Below, piece by piece: positions 33,661 to 34,895 of a stretch of 34,895 nt of DNA (within the stretch, counting starts at the first letter, position 1; each line of letters starts with the position of its first letter). The translations under genes and the position numbers were made by a program. This DNA is from a virus (lineage: Duplodnaviria; Caudoviricetes). The notes beneath the pieces were generated by a model. The model saw only the letters and a list, made by a program, of their open reading frames with translations. It had not been told where the DNA came from and did no database searches. The DNA lies in IMG/VR virus record IMGVR_UViG_3300025534_000023, positions 1-34,895 of that record, one strand, 5' to 3'.

Positions 33661-34604
33661 ACGCACTCACGACCACCACAGGCGCCCCCGTCGCATCCGG
33701 TGCCATGGCCCTGATCCCGCGCACCATGCGGGACGCCATGGAGCTCGCGAGCATGATGGCCAAGACCGGCTTCCTCCCACGGGAGATCCAGACTCCCGGC
33801 GGTGCCCTGTTCGTCATGGAGCAGGCGATGCGCTGGAACATGTCTCCCTTCTCGGTGGCGACGGAAATCTCCTTCATCCAGGGCAAGCCCATGTTCTCGG
33901 GCAAGATCGTCGCCGCGGCGGTGCAGTCCAGCGGCGTCCTGTCCGGTCGCTTGTCCTATGAGTATGAGGGCTCCGGCGATGACCGGGCGGTGATCGTGCG
34001 TGGCACCCTCCGCGGCGAGACGGAGCCCCGCGAGGTCACGGTCCGACTCAAAGATGCCCGGACCAACAATCAGCACTGGGCCAAGAGCCCGGATCAGATG
34101 CTCGCCTACCACGGCGCCCGCGTCTGGGCCCGGCGCCACGCCCCTGAGGTCATGCTTGGCGTCTACTCGCCGGAGGAGTTCGACGAGCCTCAAGAGCAGC
34201 CCCGCGAGGTTCCGAACCTGGCCGCCGAGCCGATGCGCGCCCCGCCAGGCTCCATGCGCGAGGCCGCGGCCGAGATCGTTGGGCGCCCCGTGGACAAGGC
34301 GCAGCATCCCGCAGAGCCCGAGGCGTTGCCGCTGCTCGCGCCGGATGGCCGGCTGCTGGAGGTCCGCAGCAATGGCGCCCCGGCGATCATCAAGTGGGGC
34401 AAGTGGGCCACGGCTGCGCTCGCCAAGCTGGAGAGCGCCGATGCGGTCCGCGAATGGCGCCGCGCCAACGGTCCGCACTTCGCCAGCATCAGCGAGGTCT
34501 ACCCGGATCAGGTCGCGGAGGTGGAGCGCGCCATTGAGGCGCGTCTGGCGGCGCTGGCCTCCGACTTCCCCGGCGACCTGCCGAGCGGGAGTGCGGCGGC
34601 ATGA
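33657..34604 (+). CDS. recT: RecT/Redbeta-family ssDNA annealing protein
   Basis: ISFIQGKP, WAKSPDQMLAY..ARVWARRHAPEVMLGVYSPEE motifs. Confidence 0.85.
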   Translation: MNALTTTTGAPVASGAMALIPRTMRDAMELASMMAKTGFLPREIQTPGGALFVMEQAMRWNMSPFSVATEISFIQGKPMFSGKIVAAAVQSSGVLSGRLSYEYEGSGDDRAVIVRGTLRGETEPREVTVRLKDARTNNQHWAKSPDQMLAYHGARVWARRHAPEVMLGVYSPEEFDEPQEQPREVPNLAAEPMRAPPGSMREAAAEIVGRPVDKAQHPAEPEALPLLAPDGRLLEVRSNGAPAIIKWGKWATAALAKLESADAVREWRRANGPHFASISEVYPDQVAEVERAIEARLAALASDFPGDLPSGSAAA

Positions 34605-34895
34605 GCACCCCCACCACCCCGGCGCCCGCGGGCGATGAACCCGCCGTGCTGGCCGATTGGCTGCGCAGAATTGCCGGCGATCCTGAGCTAATCCTGGCGT
34701 CGGCAGAGCGGCTGAAGATGCGGAACGCCGCCGCCGCGCTGGAGCGGCTGGCGGAACGCGTCGTGCGGCTGGAGGCGGCGCTGGAAACCGCCGCGGATGA
34801 GATGGCCTCGTGCGAAACTCTAGCGTCTGAGCCGGATGCCGCGAGCCTGATACGGTCCTGGGCGCGCCGAGCCCGTGCCGCGCTCCAGCCGCAGC
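34601..34895 (+). CDS. Hypothetical protein (runs off the window)
   Basis: ATGA overlap with recT; open to the end (MSTPTTPAPAGDEPAVLADWL...). Confidence 0.6.
   Translation, partial: MSTPTTPAPAGDEPAVLADWLRRIAGDPELILASAERLKMRNAAAALERLAERVVRLEAALETAADEMASCETLASEPDAASLIRSWARRARAALQPQ

Larger units (their letters stand above)
1..34895. mobile_element. Temperate podovirus-type phage/prophage segment (both ends outside window)
   Basis: Contiguous terminase, portal, capsid, tail tube, ejection, tailspike, replication, Cro/CI and RecT genes in lambdoid order with a BPP-1/T7-like virion module. Confidence 0.95.

Noticed and set aside
1-34895. Many long plus-strand ORFs opposite structural genes (e.g. 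16076-18193, 8930-10540, 25404-27104, 98-838) and minus-strand ORF 32290-33666
   Set aside because: Shadow ORFs expected at high GC; no motifs, and they overlap well-supported genes

Overview
GC-rich segment of a temperate short-tailed phage or prophage, BPP-1/T7-like in virion architecture, probably from an alphaproteobacterium (it carries GapR and GcrA-like genes). 1-20.5 kb, minus strand: morphogenesis operon (terS, terL, portal, scaffold, major capsid, cement, tail tube A, tail tube B/nozzle, ejection proteins, truncated beta-helix tailspike). 20.5-28.7 kb, minus strand: early-right operon (Cro, HTH/GcrA-like regulators, RuvC, GapR, DUF1376 initiator). 28.7-31.6 kb: immunity region with a peptidase-less CI, TGGCA-N3-TGCCA operators, a DUF1828 two-gene cassette and a toxin-antitoxin module bracketed by a duplicated terminator. 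31.6 kb to end: early-left operon (pentapeptide protein, Gp157-like, RecT). Most notable: (1) the nozzle gene is split in two around a duplicated ~80-aa domain, a Gly/Asp tail and an OPRT-like phosphoribosyltransferase, with a polysaccharide pyruvyltransferase nearby; (2) four late genes share an exactly spaced, apparently leaderless promoter containing a GANTC site, next to a GcrA-like gene. No integrase, lysis genes, att site, tRNA or CRISPR seen. All family calls come from motif recognition by eye, not database searches.
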